A stretch of 64,000 nt of DNA from a virus. The notes beneath the pieces are model-generated. The model was not told the origin of the DNA. It made no database searches and saw only the letters and a list, made by a program, of their open reading frames with translations. Position 1 is the first letter of the stretch. The number at the start of each line of letters is the position of its first letter. The stretch is from positions 1 to 64,000 of IMG/VR virus record IMGVR_UViG_3300035492_000030; one strand, 5' to 3'. Below, piece by piece: positions 33,009 through 40,392 of this stretch. The translations under genes were made by a program, and so were the position numbers.

Positions 33009-33175
33009 TAATAGTCCTCTTCATATTCTACATCATTGAATCCCAGAAGATTGAACATCTGCACAAGCTCAGTTTTATCATCTTCTTGAGAGAACCAAAA
33101 ATGTTTTACTAGCTTATCTTCTTTGTAAACATCAATAGAAAAACCATCACATGCTTCTAATACAACTACTTTCAT
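33005..33175 (-). CDS. Small acidic hypothetical protein (56 aa)
   Basis: Below cutoff. Fills the 33009-33178 gap. Overlapping stop/start with the 32535 gene. Confidence 0.4.
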
Positions 33176-33178
33176 ATC

Positions 33179-33559
33179 TTATTCTCCCTTGTCACTGAAG
33201 ATATCACGAATTTCATTAAAATTAATTTTACGGATTTGGAATTTATCATTCACACGAAGATGTTCAAACCCGTTAGGATTGAATGCAAGACCCTTCCCTT
33301 CTCCTGTAACATAAACCATCTGACCTTTACACTCCTCCAGATTGTTTACGTTAAAGAATAGAAGAAGTTGACGAATCATCTCACAACCATATGCAGTACC
33401 AACACGGGTTTTACGCTCTTTATCGTAATCATCAAGGCAAATACCACCAACACCCTGACTAAAACCATCTTCATAATCAACAAAGACCCAGAAGTTTAGA
33501 ATACCACGTTCTTTAATTTCAAGAGTAGCACTCTTTACTTTGGCAAGTTTCTTTTCCAC
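33179..33559 (-). CDS. Hypothetical protein
   Basis: 126-aa ORF, co-oriented. Confidence 0.55.
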   Translation of the reverse strand: MEKKLAKVKSATLEIKERGILNFWVFVDYEDGFSQGVGGICLDDYDKERKTRVGTAYGCEMIRQLLLFFNVNNLEECKGQMVYVTGEGKGLAFNPNGFEHLRVNDKFQIRKINFNEIRDIFSDKGE

Positions 33560-33563
33560 AATT

Positions 33564-34085
33564 TTATTCCTCCACAGCTTTAGCTTTACGAGAACGACGT
33601 TGTTTCTTTGGTTGTTCTTCTACAAGATTAGTATCTTTGAACAGGTGGCGTGTAAAGTTTTCTTCTGGGATATTACTGGCTGCACTAAGTTTCCTAATCT
33701 GATTCAACTCTTCTTTGGTAAGTGGACCATCGTCTAGTTCATAGACAACATTCTGTTCTTTTTCAACAGCTTCCACAAAAGCATCTTGTTGAACAACTTT
33801 TTCTTTTGGGTCATCCATCTCTCCCTCTGCTACAAAACTCAGCACGTTTCCGTGGGCGGCTTCAACGATTTCTGCAACCTTTTTCAGAACAAGCTCTTTA
33901 GCATTTTCATCTGTCTTAGCAAGAGTGTCTTTATACAGAGTAGTGATTTCTTTTTCATTGCTCAGAGTGCCACAGAAGAATCCAACCTTGTGTTGGAATT
34001 TCACAAGCATAAAGCCTTGCTTTTGTTCTTGACGCAGAGTGTTGATGAAGGTGTTGAATGTGGAAGTTGAAATATTTTTAATCAT
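33564..34085 (-). CDS. Hypothetical protein (basic C-terminal tail)
   Basis: 173-aa ORF ending in KKQRRSRKAKAVEE. Confidence 0.55.
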   Translation of the reverse strand: MIKNISTSTFNTFINTLRQEQKQGFMLVKFQHKVGFFCGTLSNEKEITTLYKDTLAKTDENAKELVLKKVAEIVEAAHGNVLSFVAEGEMDDPKEKVVQQDAFVEAVEKEQNVVYELDDGPLTKEELNQIRKLSAASNIPEENFTRHLFKDTNLVEEQPKKQRRSRKAKAVEE

Positions 34086-34379
34086 TTAGTTAATCTCCTG
34101 TTTATTAGTTGGTTTTGGTAGCTCAACCACTTTAGTAATATCTTCTAAAGAATCTATTAGCTCGTATGTAGCTAATGAGATCGCCTCATTGTACCGTCTA
34201 CATTCTTCACTATGCAAGAACTTATCTACACGTTCAAAATCCTGCGGTGAAATGTGTTCATAAAGAATCTTGTAAAATTCTTTCTCTAGTGCAGTTAAGT
34301 CAAGTTGATGAAGCAATTGTAGCACATCTGGTTTATCAATGTAAAGGCTTTTCAAACTATCAAGAATTATTGTACTCAT
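34086..34379 (-). CDS. Hypothetical protein
   Basis: 97-aa ORF that abuts its neighbours. Confidence 0.55.
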   Translation of the reverse strand: MSTIILDSLKSLYIDKPDVLQLLHQLDLTALEKEFYKILYEHISPQDFERVDKFLHSEECRRYNEAISLATYELIDSLEDITKVVELPKPTNKQEIN

Positions 34380-34555
34380 CTTAGAATAATACTCTTGTCA
34401 ATACAAATATAAGGGTCGCTACCTGCTACACGAACAAGTATACCCCCTTTTTCAGAACAATTTAAAATCTTTCCCTGCTGTTCACTACCTTCCCGAACCA
34501 CAATGAGAAGAAGTATAATTGATGCTGTAACAAATATTGCAGTAAATATGTTCAT
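34376..34555 (-). CDS. Small membrane protein
   Basis: ATG at 34555 preceded by GGAGGAAGAA. TM segment IFTAIFVTASIILLLIVV. Confidence 0.5.
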   Translation of the reverse strand: MNIFTAIFVTASIILLLIVVREGSEQQGKILNCSEKGGILVRVAGSDPYICIDKSIILR

Positions 34556-34764
34556 TTCTTCCTCCAAACTTTAATAATTGCAAAGATAGCAGTAATAGGC
34601 CAAAAAGCAGCTCCAACGAATACACCACAACGAAATAGCTTTTCTCGTTCAATAATATCTTGTGGAGCTGTTCCAAGAAGCTTGTCGTCTTTCCACTCCC
34701 TCATTGTAGCATGATCTACAAGAAAAGCAACAACGCAATACAGAATTACAAGAATAGTTGTCAT
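34552..34764 (-). CDS. Membrane protein
   Basis: 70-aa ORF with two hydrophobic segments. ATGA coupling to the downstream gene. Confidence 0.5.
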   Translation of the reverse strand: MTTILVILYCVVAFLVDHATMREWKDDKLLGTAPQDIIEREKLFRCGVFVGAAFWPITAIFAIIKVWRKK

Positions 34765-34949
34765 TGAAGTTCTCTTTTACTGTAGGAGTTTTTATTTTCT
34801 TCGTCAAACAGTTCTGACAGAACTTCTCGCATAAGAGCCATTTCTGCTTTCCCGTGCACCGGCAGGCCACTTCCTCCGCCGTAATACTCTTCTGCAATTT
34901 CATTCAATTTAATTATAATTTTATTCATAAATTCTTTAGTGGGTTTCAT
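34761..34949 (-). CDS. Hypothetical protein
   Basis: 62-aa ORF with a 4-nt overlap. Confidence 0.5.
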   Translation of the reverse strand: MKPTKEFMNKIIIKLNEIAEEYYGGGSGLPVHGKAEMALMREVLSELFDEENKNSYSKRELQ

Positions 34950-35140
34950 CGAATTTCTTTTCCTCCTTTGATTGTGTCAATACATTTATCTACATGAATT
35001 GGCGCTATATAACAGTCCATAATGTATTTAATATTCTTTAGATACAATTCATTCCCAACCTCTTCTCTTACAAATTGACTGAAAGCATGGAAGCTGTCAG
35101 TCGGTTTTGGTTGTTTCTTGGCAGTCATATTAGTGTCCAC
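34946..35140 (-). CDS. Hypothetical protein
   Basis: 64-aa ORF with a 4-nt overlap. Confidence 0.5.
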   Translation of the reverse strand: MDTNMTAKKQPKPTDSFHAFSQFVREEVGNELYLKNIKYIMDCYIAPIHVDKCIDTIKGGKEIR

Positions 35141-35489
35141 AATTCATCCTCTCGTTATGCCACTCTAGAAGCAAGCCGACTTCAGCATAAGCTGGAAAGC
35201 TTGAATTCAATGCTACCAACTTCTTCAACGTAGTGCAACCACTATCCTCCAAATATTCTTTCAAATCAATATTCAACTTTGTAGCAATTCGTTTCAAATA
35301 TTTCGTCTCTGTGTTCGGGATATGAGAAGCAGGTAGACGCACACCAAGCCGACTACCTAAATTTCTCCAATAATTTTCATCAAGAAAATCCTGCTTGAGA
35401 TGTTCTCCAGCTTTCTTCTTTTCTTCACGAGCAATACGAGCTTTCTCAAGAGCTTCTGCTCTTTGTTCAGGTGTTAGATTTCCAAGCAT
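35130..35489 (-). CDS. Hypothetical protein, possible DNA-binding protein
   Basis: ATG at 35489 preceded by TTGGAGGATAAA. LTPEQRAEALEKARIAREEKKKAG looks like a helix-hairpin-helix-type N-terminus. Weak call. Confidence 0.5.
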   Translation of the reverse strand: MLGNLTPEQRAEALEKARIAREEKKKAGEHLKQDFLDENYWRNLGSRLGVRLPASHIPNTETKYLKRIATKLNIDLKEYLEDSGCTTLKKLVALNSSFPAYAEVGLLLEWHNERMNCGH

Positions 35490-35602
35490 TTTATCCTCCA
35501 ATTAATTTAAATTGTTCTAAGGCATACACAGCGAAGGGTACAATATCGAACGCAATTTTAACATATCATTTTCCTTAGTATCAATGTTTTTCATAGGCAA
35601 TT

Positions 35603-35836
35603 CTACAGCGTTTCTAAAGGCTTTGCAAGCCAATCCATTTCTTCTTCCTCATTATGCAACACCCAGCCATCTTCTTCAAGCTCTTTTGCACAATCAAGGC
35701 AGTAACTTCCGTAGTGAATGCAGTGTTTATAACCATCGTAGTCACATGTGGTTGCGGCTAAAGTAAGGTTAACACAAAGCTCGTTCCCTTCTTCATCCTC
35801 TAACAGTTCGTGTCCACACGACAAGTAGTGTGTCAT
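35603..35836 (-). CDS. Hypothetical Cys-rich protein
   Basis: 77-aa ORF with a 4-nt overlap with the upstream gene. Confidence 0.5.
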   Translation of the reverse strand: MTHYLSCGHELLEDEEGNELCVNLTLAATTCDYDGYKHCIHYGSYCLDCAKELEEDGWVLHNEEEEMDWLAKPLETL

Positions 35837-36033
35837 TTTGGTTCCTCTAGTGGCCCACAGAATTCAATTCCATCTTCTTTGGTGTACGGATCATCCCAAC
35901 ATTCAAACACATCATTATAAGAAGCCCCTTTCTTGAGCTTATCAATCCACACACCCCATTTATCCCTCATCCAATACCACCCATCTTCTGTTGGAATCTC
36001 TTTAGTCCATTGTTGCACGGTAGTGTTCTTCAT
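35833..36033 (-). CDS. Hypothetical protein, first gene of the leftward 36.0-23.4 kb block
   Basis: 66-aa ORF with GAGGAGGACTCATAA upstream of the ATG. Confidence 0.55.
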   Translation of the reverse strand: MKNTTVQQWTKEIPTEDGWYWMRDKWGVWIDKLKKGASYNDVFECWDDPYTKEDGIEFCGPLEEPK

Positions 36034-36189
36034 TTATGAGTCCTCCTCTGATTGAATGTGAAACAAGCATAGCACAACGAAGAAAAGGAATGCAAGCTCT
36101 TTGTTGGAGAAATCTCTATACAAGATGTTGTTGACATTGTACTCGGTGTTGGTGTATCCTTACCTTTCAGATTACACAAAGGAGGTAGT

Positions 36190-36744
36190 ATGAGCTTTGA
36201 AAACGTAAAAGATAAGAACGTAGTTCTTGTAGTCAACACAGAAACAGGAGAGGTTGTTTCAAAAGTCCACACCAAAGAAAAGTTTGCACCACTACCGTTG
36301 GTATTTACAGAGAAGGGTAAATATGTTGGTGTGGATGTAAAATACCCAAGTGAATGTCTGTGTGCTGAACAATATTTTGATGCAGTATGTCAATTGGACG
36401 GACTTGCAACCAACAAAGTGAAGGTGAACACAGAAATGGTTCTTGACAACGTAGCAGAGGGGTTGTGGTCTGTTGGCGATGTTAAGATGATTAAATTCTT
36501 ATCCTTGAATGTAGTAGCGCATAACAGGGTATTCACAACCACTAAGGAGATTGAAGAATCTCTTAACGTTAGGAGTAGTCATCTGTCAAGATGGTTTAAG
36601 AACAACACAGGAATTTGTAAGGTAGTGAAGAAAAGAGGTACATTGATCATTGACATGAATCCTGTGTTGATGTATAAAGGCTCAGAAGAGTGGAGATCCT
36701 ACCATCTCTCTGTATGGTGTTCACAAATCCCTTATATTAAGTAG
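36190..36744 (+). CDS. Hypothetical protein, possible wHTH DNA-binding protein; paralog of 23402..24094
   Basis: 184-aa ORF with AAAGGAGGTAGT RBS. Conserved blocks shared with the 23402 ORF (see that entry). Confidence 0.6.
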   Translation: MSFENVKDKNVVLVVNTETGEVVSKVHTKEKFAPLPLVFTEKGKYVGVDVKYPSECLCAEQYFDAVCQLDGLATNKVKVNTEMVLDNVAEGLWSVGDVKMIKFLSLNVVAHNRVFTTTKEIEESLNVRSSHLSRWFKNNTGICKVVKKRGTLIIDMNPVLMYKGSEEWRSYHLSVWCSQIPYIK

Positions 36745-36862
36745 GTATGGATCACCTTTTCAGTATTGGTGTGGGCTTCAGGGGTTTTGAAGTTACCACG
36801 CATGGTAAGTTTGACAAGTAAGTGGTTAAGATGGTTAAATTTTGAACACTTTTGGGGGTAGT

Positions 36863-37054
36863 ATGAAACGTGATTGTGATGTTTGCACAGGAAGTGGTGT
36901 CGTGGTGTCTGAGGGAGATACCTATGATTGTTACCATTGTGGTGGGAAAGGAGAGGTAGAAGGTTGTATTTGTTTTGCACGAGAACCTTTTGAGTGTTCG
37001 TGTGGTGGATGGGATGATGTAGATATAGACCAATGGTATGGAGATGATTACTGA
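36863..37054 (+). CDS. DnaJ-type CxxCxGxG zinc-finger mini-protein
   Basis: 63 aa from the ATG at 36863, with CDVCTGSG and CYHCGGKG repeats. Confidence 0.5.
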   Translation: MKRDCDVCTGSGVVVSEGDTYDCYHCGGKGEVEGCICFAREPFECSCGGWDDVDIDQWYGDDY

Positions 37055-37233
37055 TGAAGATTAAAGAGCTAATCAAAGAGTTACAGAAATACGATCAAGA
37101 AGCTATTGTATGGGTGTGGCAAAAGTCATTTCTTGGAGAGGAAAGTGGACAGAACAGAATCTATCGCAGTAAGCTGGAGTTTGTAACACAGTCTAAAAAC
37201 AATGTTCTTAAAATCTACTTGGATGGAGAGTGA
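37054..37233 (+). CDS. Small hypothetical protein (59 aa), MKIKELIKELQK family
   Basis: Below cutoff. ATG overlaps the upstream TGA. Paralog-like to 12490 and 27947. Confidence 0.45.
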   Translation: MKIKELIKELQKYDQEAIVWVWQKSFLGEESGQNRIYRSKLEFVTQSKNNVLKIYLDGE

Positions 37234-37235
37234 TA

Positions 37236-37715
37236 ATGAGTGAGCATGAGAAGTGTGTTGGTGAATCTGATGAATGGTATACTCCTAAATCTATTTTTGA
37301 TGCGATTGGCCTTACTTTTGACCTAGACCCGTGTTCACCAAGCAAAGAACATTGGACCCCGGCAAAGAAATTCTATACAAAGGAAGACGACGGACTGTTA
37401 TCGGAGTGGCAAGGTTTGGTGTGGATGAACCCTCCTTTTGGCGGTAGGAACGGACAAGTCCCTTGGCTTAGGAAATTCATTTCTCACGGAAATGGGATTG
37501 CACTTGTTGCAGCAAGAACTTCGTCTGGATGGTTCCATGAAATTGCTCCTCAGATGGATGGAATGCTTTTTCCAAAAGGAAAGACAAAATTTGTAAAACC
37601 AGACGGGACGATTGGAAAGTCACCCGGCACAGGCGTTGTGTTGTTTTCTTTAGGTCAGGTTGCATCAAATGCGCTTAAAAACAGCGGTCTGGGGATTTAT
37701 CTTGATATTAAATAA
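37236..37715 (+). CDS. dam: DNA N6-adenine methyltransferase (phage Dam-type)
   Basis: SDEWYTPKSIFDAIGLTFDLDPCSP and WMNPPFGG (NPPF catalytic motif). Confidence 0.75.
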   Translation: MSEHEKCVGESDEWYTPKSIFDAIGLTFDLDPCSPSKEHWTPAKKFYTKEDDGLLSEWQGLVWMNPPFGGRNGQVPWLRKFISHGNGIALVAARTSSGWFHEIAPQMDGMLFPKGKTKFVKPDGTIGKSPGTGVVLFSLGQVASNALKNSGLGIYLDIK

Positions 37716-37738
37716 TCCCTGAATTTATAAATTAAGTC

Positions 37739-37767
37739 TTGACAAAGAAACTTTAAGTTGATAGACT
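37739..37767 (+). promoter_or_regulatory. sigma70-type promoter
   Basis: TTGACA-17-TAGACT with GAATTTATAAATTAAG UP-like element. Confidence 0.6.
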
Positions 37768-37808
37768 ATAAGAAATCCAAGCAATTAACAAAAATAAAGG
37801 AATTTCTT

Positions 37809-37958
37809 ATGTCTTACACAGAGCTAGATGAACATGATTTGAAATACATTATAGAAGAGGAAGAAGAAACTAAAGAGCCTAAATTTAGATGGGAGTATTC
37901 TCATGAGTCTCTTACTGAATCAAACAGCATCTTTAAAAGAATTCTTCCTGATTATTAA
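37809..37958 (+). CDS. Small acidic hypothetical protein (49 aa)
   Basis: ATG at 37809 with AAGGAA upstream. Confidence 0.4.
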   Translation: MSYTELDEHDLKYIIEEEEETKEPKFRWEYSHESLTESNSIFKRILPDY

Positions 37959-37965
37959 ATATAGC

Positions 37966-37994
37966 TTGACAATATGAAATATTTATGTTATATT
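37966..37994 (+). promoter_or_regulatory. sigma70-type promoter driving a short non-coding transcript
   Basis: TTGACA-17-TATATT. Confidence 0.65.
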
Positions 37995-38000
37995 TGGCAC

Positions 38001-38172
38001 TGAATGACTAATAGCGTCAAGAAAGTAAATTTCATAACGTTTCTCCTCCAAAACGGGAATGTCACGAACACATATTCCTCCTACTGTGTTCATATAATAC
38101 CCGTAAACAAACCGCGCAATGTGGTTTAGCCTTATCCACTTATTCCTCCTAGAGAGGATAAGGCTTTTTCTT
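38001..38172 (+). ncRNA. Candidate sRNA of about 170 nt with three CCUCC (anti-SD-like) motifs
   Basis: Bounded by the 37966 promoter and a strong intrinsic terminator. TTCTCCTCC at 38041, ATTCCTCCTA at 38075 and 38142. No plus-strand ORF. Confidence 0.5.
38128..38172 (+). terminator. Rho-independent terminator
   Basis: AGCCTTATCC-18 nt-GGATAAGGCT followed by TTTTCTT. Confidence 0.75.
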
Positions 38173-38310
38173 ATGTTGTGTAAATGTACAGGCTGATGTA
38201 CGGGCGTCAACCGCTTAAACGATGCCAGAACGCGAAAGCGTCGCGGAACTCGCCGGAGATCGTGGGTAAGGCCGGCATGTCGGAGATCAGTACCGACTAC
38301 ACAACATAAT
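38171..38310 (+). other. GC-rich multi-hairpin element closed by a 12-bp stem
   Basis: TTATGTTGTGTA (38171-38182) pairs with TACACAACATAA (38298-38309). Inside are about 5 hairpins, two with the same CGGAGATC 5' side. Confidence 0.6.
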
Positions 38311-38350
38311 AAAGAGCCTTAGATAATAAATATTAAAAGGACAATGAATT

Positions 38351-38740
38351 ATGAGTGGGAATAAAAACCCAAGTCACAAGTTTCCGAAAAACAATGATTT
38401 TGGAAACAAAAATGGTAGTCCAGCAAAAACAAGGATTACCAAATCAAAGCTTCGTAAGCTGGCAGACAAACTTCGTGAACGTGAAGACATTGCTCTTGCA
38501 ATCGTTGACCGCTCTCTTGCAGAACAAGAAGTAGCTAATGATGTTGTGTCTACTGCCAAGTGGGTGCTAAATAGTATCGTTACCATTGAAAAGGCTGCTT
38601 CAGCAGAAGAAATTTCTAACTTCAATGCAAGGATGAAGGGTAGAGAGTCTGACGAAGAAGAACAGACCCCTGAAGAGATTGCAGCAGAGGCACCTAAGAG
38701 ACTATCCCTCGTCTATCAAGCACCAGACGATGAGGATTAA
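38351..38740 (+). CDS. Hypothetical protein (possible small terminase subunit; weak)
   Basis: 129-aa ORF. Basic N-terminus (KNNDFGNKNGSPAKTRITKSKLRKLADKL) and acidic C-terminus. Function is inferred only from composition and neighbourhood. Confidence 0.55.
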   Translation: MSGNKNPSHKFPKNNDFGNKNGSPAKTRITKSKLRKLADKLREREDIALAIVDRSLAEQEVANDVVSTAKWVLNSIVTIEKAASAEEISNFNARMKGRESDEEEQTPEEIAAEAPKRLSLVYQAPDDED

Positions 38741-39004
38741 AGAATTTACCTGAGAAGATTGGGAGTTCCTAGTCGTTCCAAACAAGATCGTTTGGCAGGT
38801 AAACCAAATCCGGCTCGGCCGGTATCTTCGCAATTATAGCCTAGTTCCGAAGATAGCCCGATAAACCAAAGGCAATTTTATATTGCTACTATCGGGCGAT
38901 TTAATTCGTGCATACTAAATGTTGCACATATGTGGGGAGGGGAATCGCTTATGGATTCTCGGATAGTGAGCAGGTAGCTGTGGCTACACTATCACGATTT
39001 CTAT

Positions 39005-39088
39005 GCGGGAGTAGCCGAGGGGAGCTTCTAACTCCTTATCCGTAAATGGAGCTGAAAATGTGCGTTCGACTCGCACCTTCCCGTGCCA
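39005..39088 (+). other. tRNA-like fragment with canonical T-arm and encoded CCA but aberrant D-arm
   Basis: GTGCG-TTCGACT-CGCAC T-arm, acceptor-like GCGGGAG/TTCCCGT, ...GCCA end, GGGAG-CTTCTAA-CTCCT anticodon-like arm. Cannot be folded into a standard cloverleaf. Confidence 0.3.
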
Positions 39089-39093
39089 AATTT

Positions 39094-39171
39094 GCCGATG
39101 TAGCATAGATGGATATGCACTAACCTTGTAAGTTAGATCAGGTGGGATCGTTACCTTCACCATCGGCACCA
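39094..39171 (+). tRNA. tRNA-like gene, anticodon UGU (Thr), non-canonical T-arm
   Basis: Acceptor GCCGATG/CATCGGC 7/7 bp. D-arm GCAT-AGATGGAT-ATGC. Anticodon arm CTAAC-CTTGTAA-GTTAG. Discriminator A plus encoded CCA. The T-arm GTGGG/TTCAC has two G-U pairs and a 9-nt loop. Confidence 0.45.
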
Positions 39172-39199
39172 ATTCTATCTATCTTAGGAATTTATAATA

Positions 39200-40024
39200 A
39201 TGAAAACATTGAGCCTAGTAGATAGCGATATTTACTACAATATCTATACAGAAAGTGAATATCCACAAGGAACAACTCTTGTTGTTCATAACAGAACATC
39301 AGATGTATTATTCGTAACGCACTCAGCTACTCAACCTGATCCAGATACACTTCTCTGTGAATTTATTGCTGTTGGTCAAACTGTAGTAGTTCATGCCAAC
39401 GGTCTTCCTATCTGGATTAAAGGTAGTAATGGTCCTATTGTTGTCCAAGCAATTACAGAAAAACTTGTTGCTCCTTTTGAAGTGAGTGACCTTCCTCATG
39501 ATGTATTTACATGGGATCAAGAAGGGTATCGTAGACTTAGGGTAGACAGCGGTCAGACAAGCTTCTTCACAGGCCGGCAAGGTAGAAGCTTTAAAGAATT
39601 CAGTATTGCAGCAGCAGGAACATATTTGATTCAGGTAGTTGTTCCAGTGGATACTGTTCTGTGGAATGTTAGTTTGACAGTTGATGCAGGCAGCGTTAGA
39701 TTTGCTACCTATTCTGGTGGTACACCTTCAGTAACACTCACTGATCCAATCCCATCTATTCCTAAAAATACAATGTCGTCAAGACCTACTCCCCTATACA
39801 CCCTACAAAATACTCTTGTGGGAGGTGTAGCTACTTTAACAGGCGGCACTCTGATTGACGTTGCAAGAGTTGTTACAAGTGGGGCTACAGCACAACAAAC
39901 AACAGTAGGTAGTAGCCCATTCAGCGAACGTGGTGTTGGTATCGGCACTTATCATTTTGTGTTGAACAACTTTAGTAATGGTACAGCAACTGGTGTCCTA
40001 AGCCTCTATTGGGAAGAGCGTTGA
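39200..40024 (+). CDS. Putative virion structural protein (tail-fibre-associated / receptor-binding candidate)
   Basis: 274-aa ORF, Thr/Ser/Gly/Val-rich beta-type composition, immediately upstream of the tailspike cassette. Confidence 0.5.
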   Translation: MKTLSLVDSDIYYNIYTESEYPQGTTLVVHNRTSDVLFVTHSATQPDPDTLLCEFIAVGQTVVVHANGLPIWIKGSNGPIVVQAITEKLVAPFEVSDLPHDVFTWDQEGYRRLRVDSGQTSFFTGRQGRSFKEFSIAAAGTYLIQVVVPVDTVLWNVSLTVDAGSVRFATYSGGTPSVTLTDPIPSIPKNTMSSRPTPLYTLQNTLVGGVATLTGGTLIDVARVVTSGATAQQTTVGSSPFSERGVGIGTYHFVLNNFSNGTATGVLSLYWEER

Positions 40025-40045
40025 AAATAAGTAGTATTATAGAAG

Positions 40046-40081
40046 CCTCTTGAAATCAGAAAAATTTCTTGAGGTTTTTAT
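40046..40081 (+). terminator. Rho-independent terminator
   Basis: CCTCTTGAAAT...ATTTCTTGAGG (2 internal mismatches) followed by TTTTTATT. Confidence 0.55.
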
Positions 40082-40105
40082 TAATTCTATTTAAGAGAAT
40101 TCAAT

Positions 40106-40375
40106 ATGAAAATCTCAATAATTATTTTTTCAATATTTCTCATTCTATCTTGTTCTGTTTTTAATCCAGCTACACCAAAGATGGTGAGGAATACATCGAC
40201 GATCACGATTGTTGAGAATCCACATATTAAAACAGATGGTTACGCAAGATGGTATGGTGACGTCTGTTTCATAGAGTTGAAGAGATATCCTGTATGTCTT
40301 GCTCATGAAGTAAGGCATTGCTTAGAAGAACATTTTCATCCTGAAGGAATATACAGTTCTGAGGATTGTAATTAA
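40106..40375 (+). CDS. Small lipoprotein with HExxH motif
   Basis: Signal peptide plus lipobox MKISIIIFSIFLILSC. LAHEVRHCLEEHFH (HExxH...H). Confidence 0.55.
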   Translation: MKISIIIFSIFLILSCSVFNPATPKMVRNTSTITIVENPHIKTDGYARWYGDVCFIELKRYPVCLAHEVRHCLEEHFHPEGIYSSEDCN

Positions 40376-40392
40376 ATATTTTGGAGAAATAA

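Noticed and set aside
36030-37076. Minus-strand ORFs 36030..36275, 36732..37076 and 36752..37033
   Set aside because: The first runs through the divergent promoter region and into the 36190 gene. The other two are His/Thr/Asn-rich frames antisense to the zinc-finger gene. None has an RBS.
37983-38210. 75-aa minus-strand track ORF overlapping the candidate sRNA
   Set aside because: It has no RBS at its ATG, starts inside the GC-rich hairpin element, reads through the plus-strand terminator stem, and lies opposite to all flanking genes. Only its last 15-codon sub-frame has a good RBS (noted in findings).
38184-38309. 41-codon plus-strand frame (MYRLMYGRQPLKRC...) inside the GC-rich multi-hairpin element
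   Set aside because: It has no RBS, and its boundaries coincide with the 12-bp closing stem. An open frame of this length is expected by chance in GC-rich sequence. It is kept only as an alternative in the finding.
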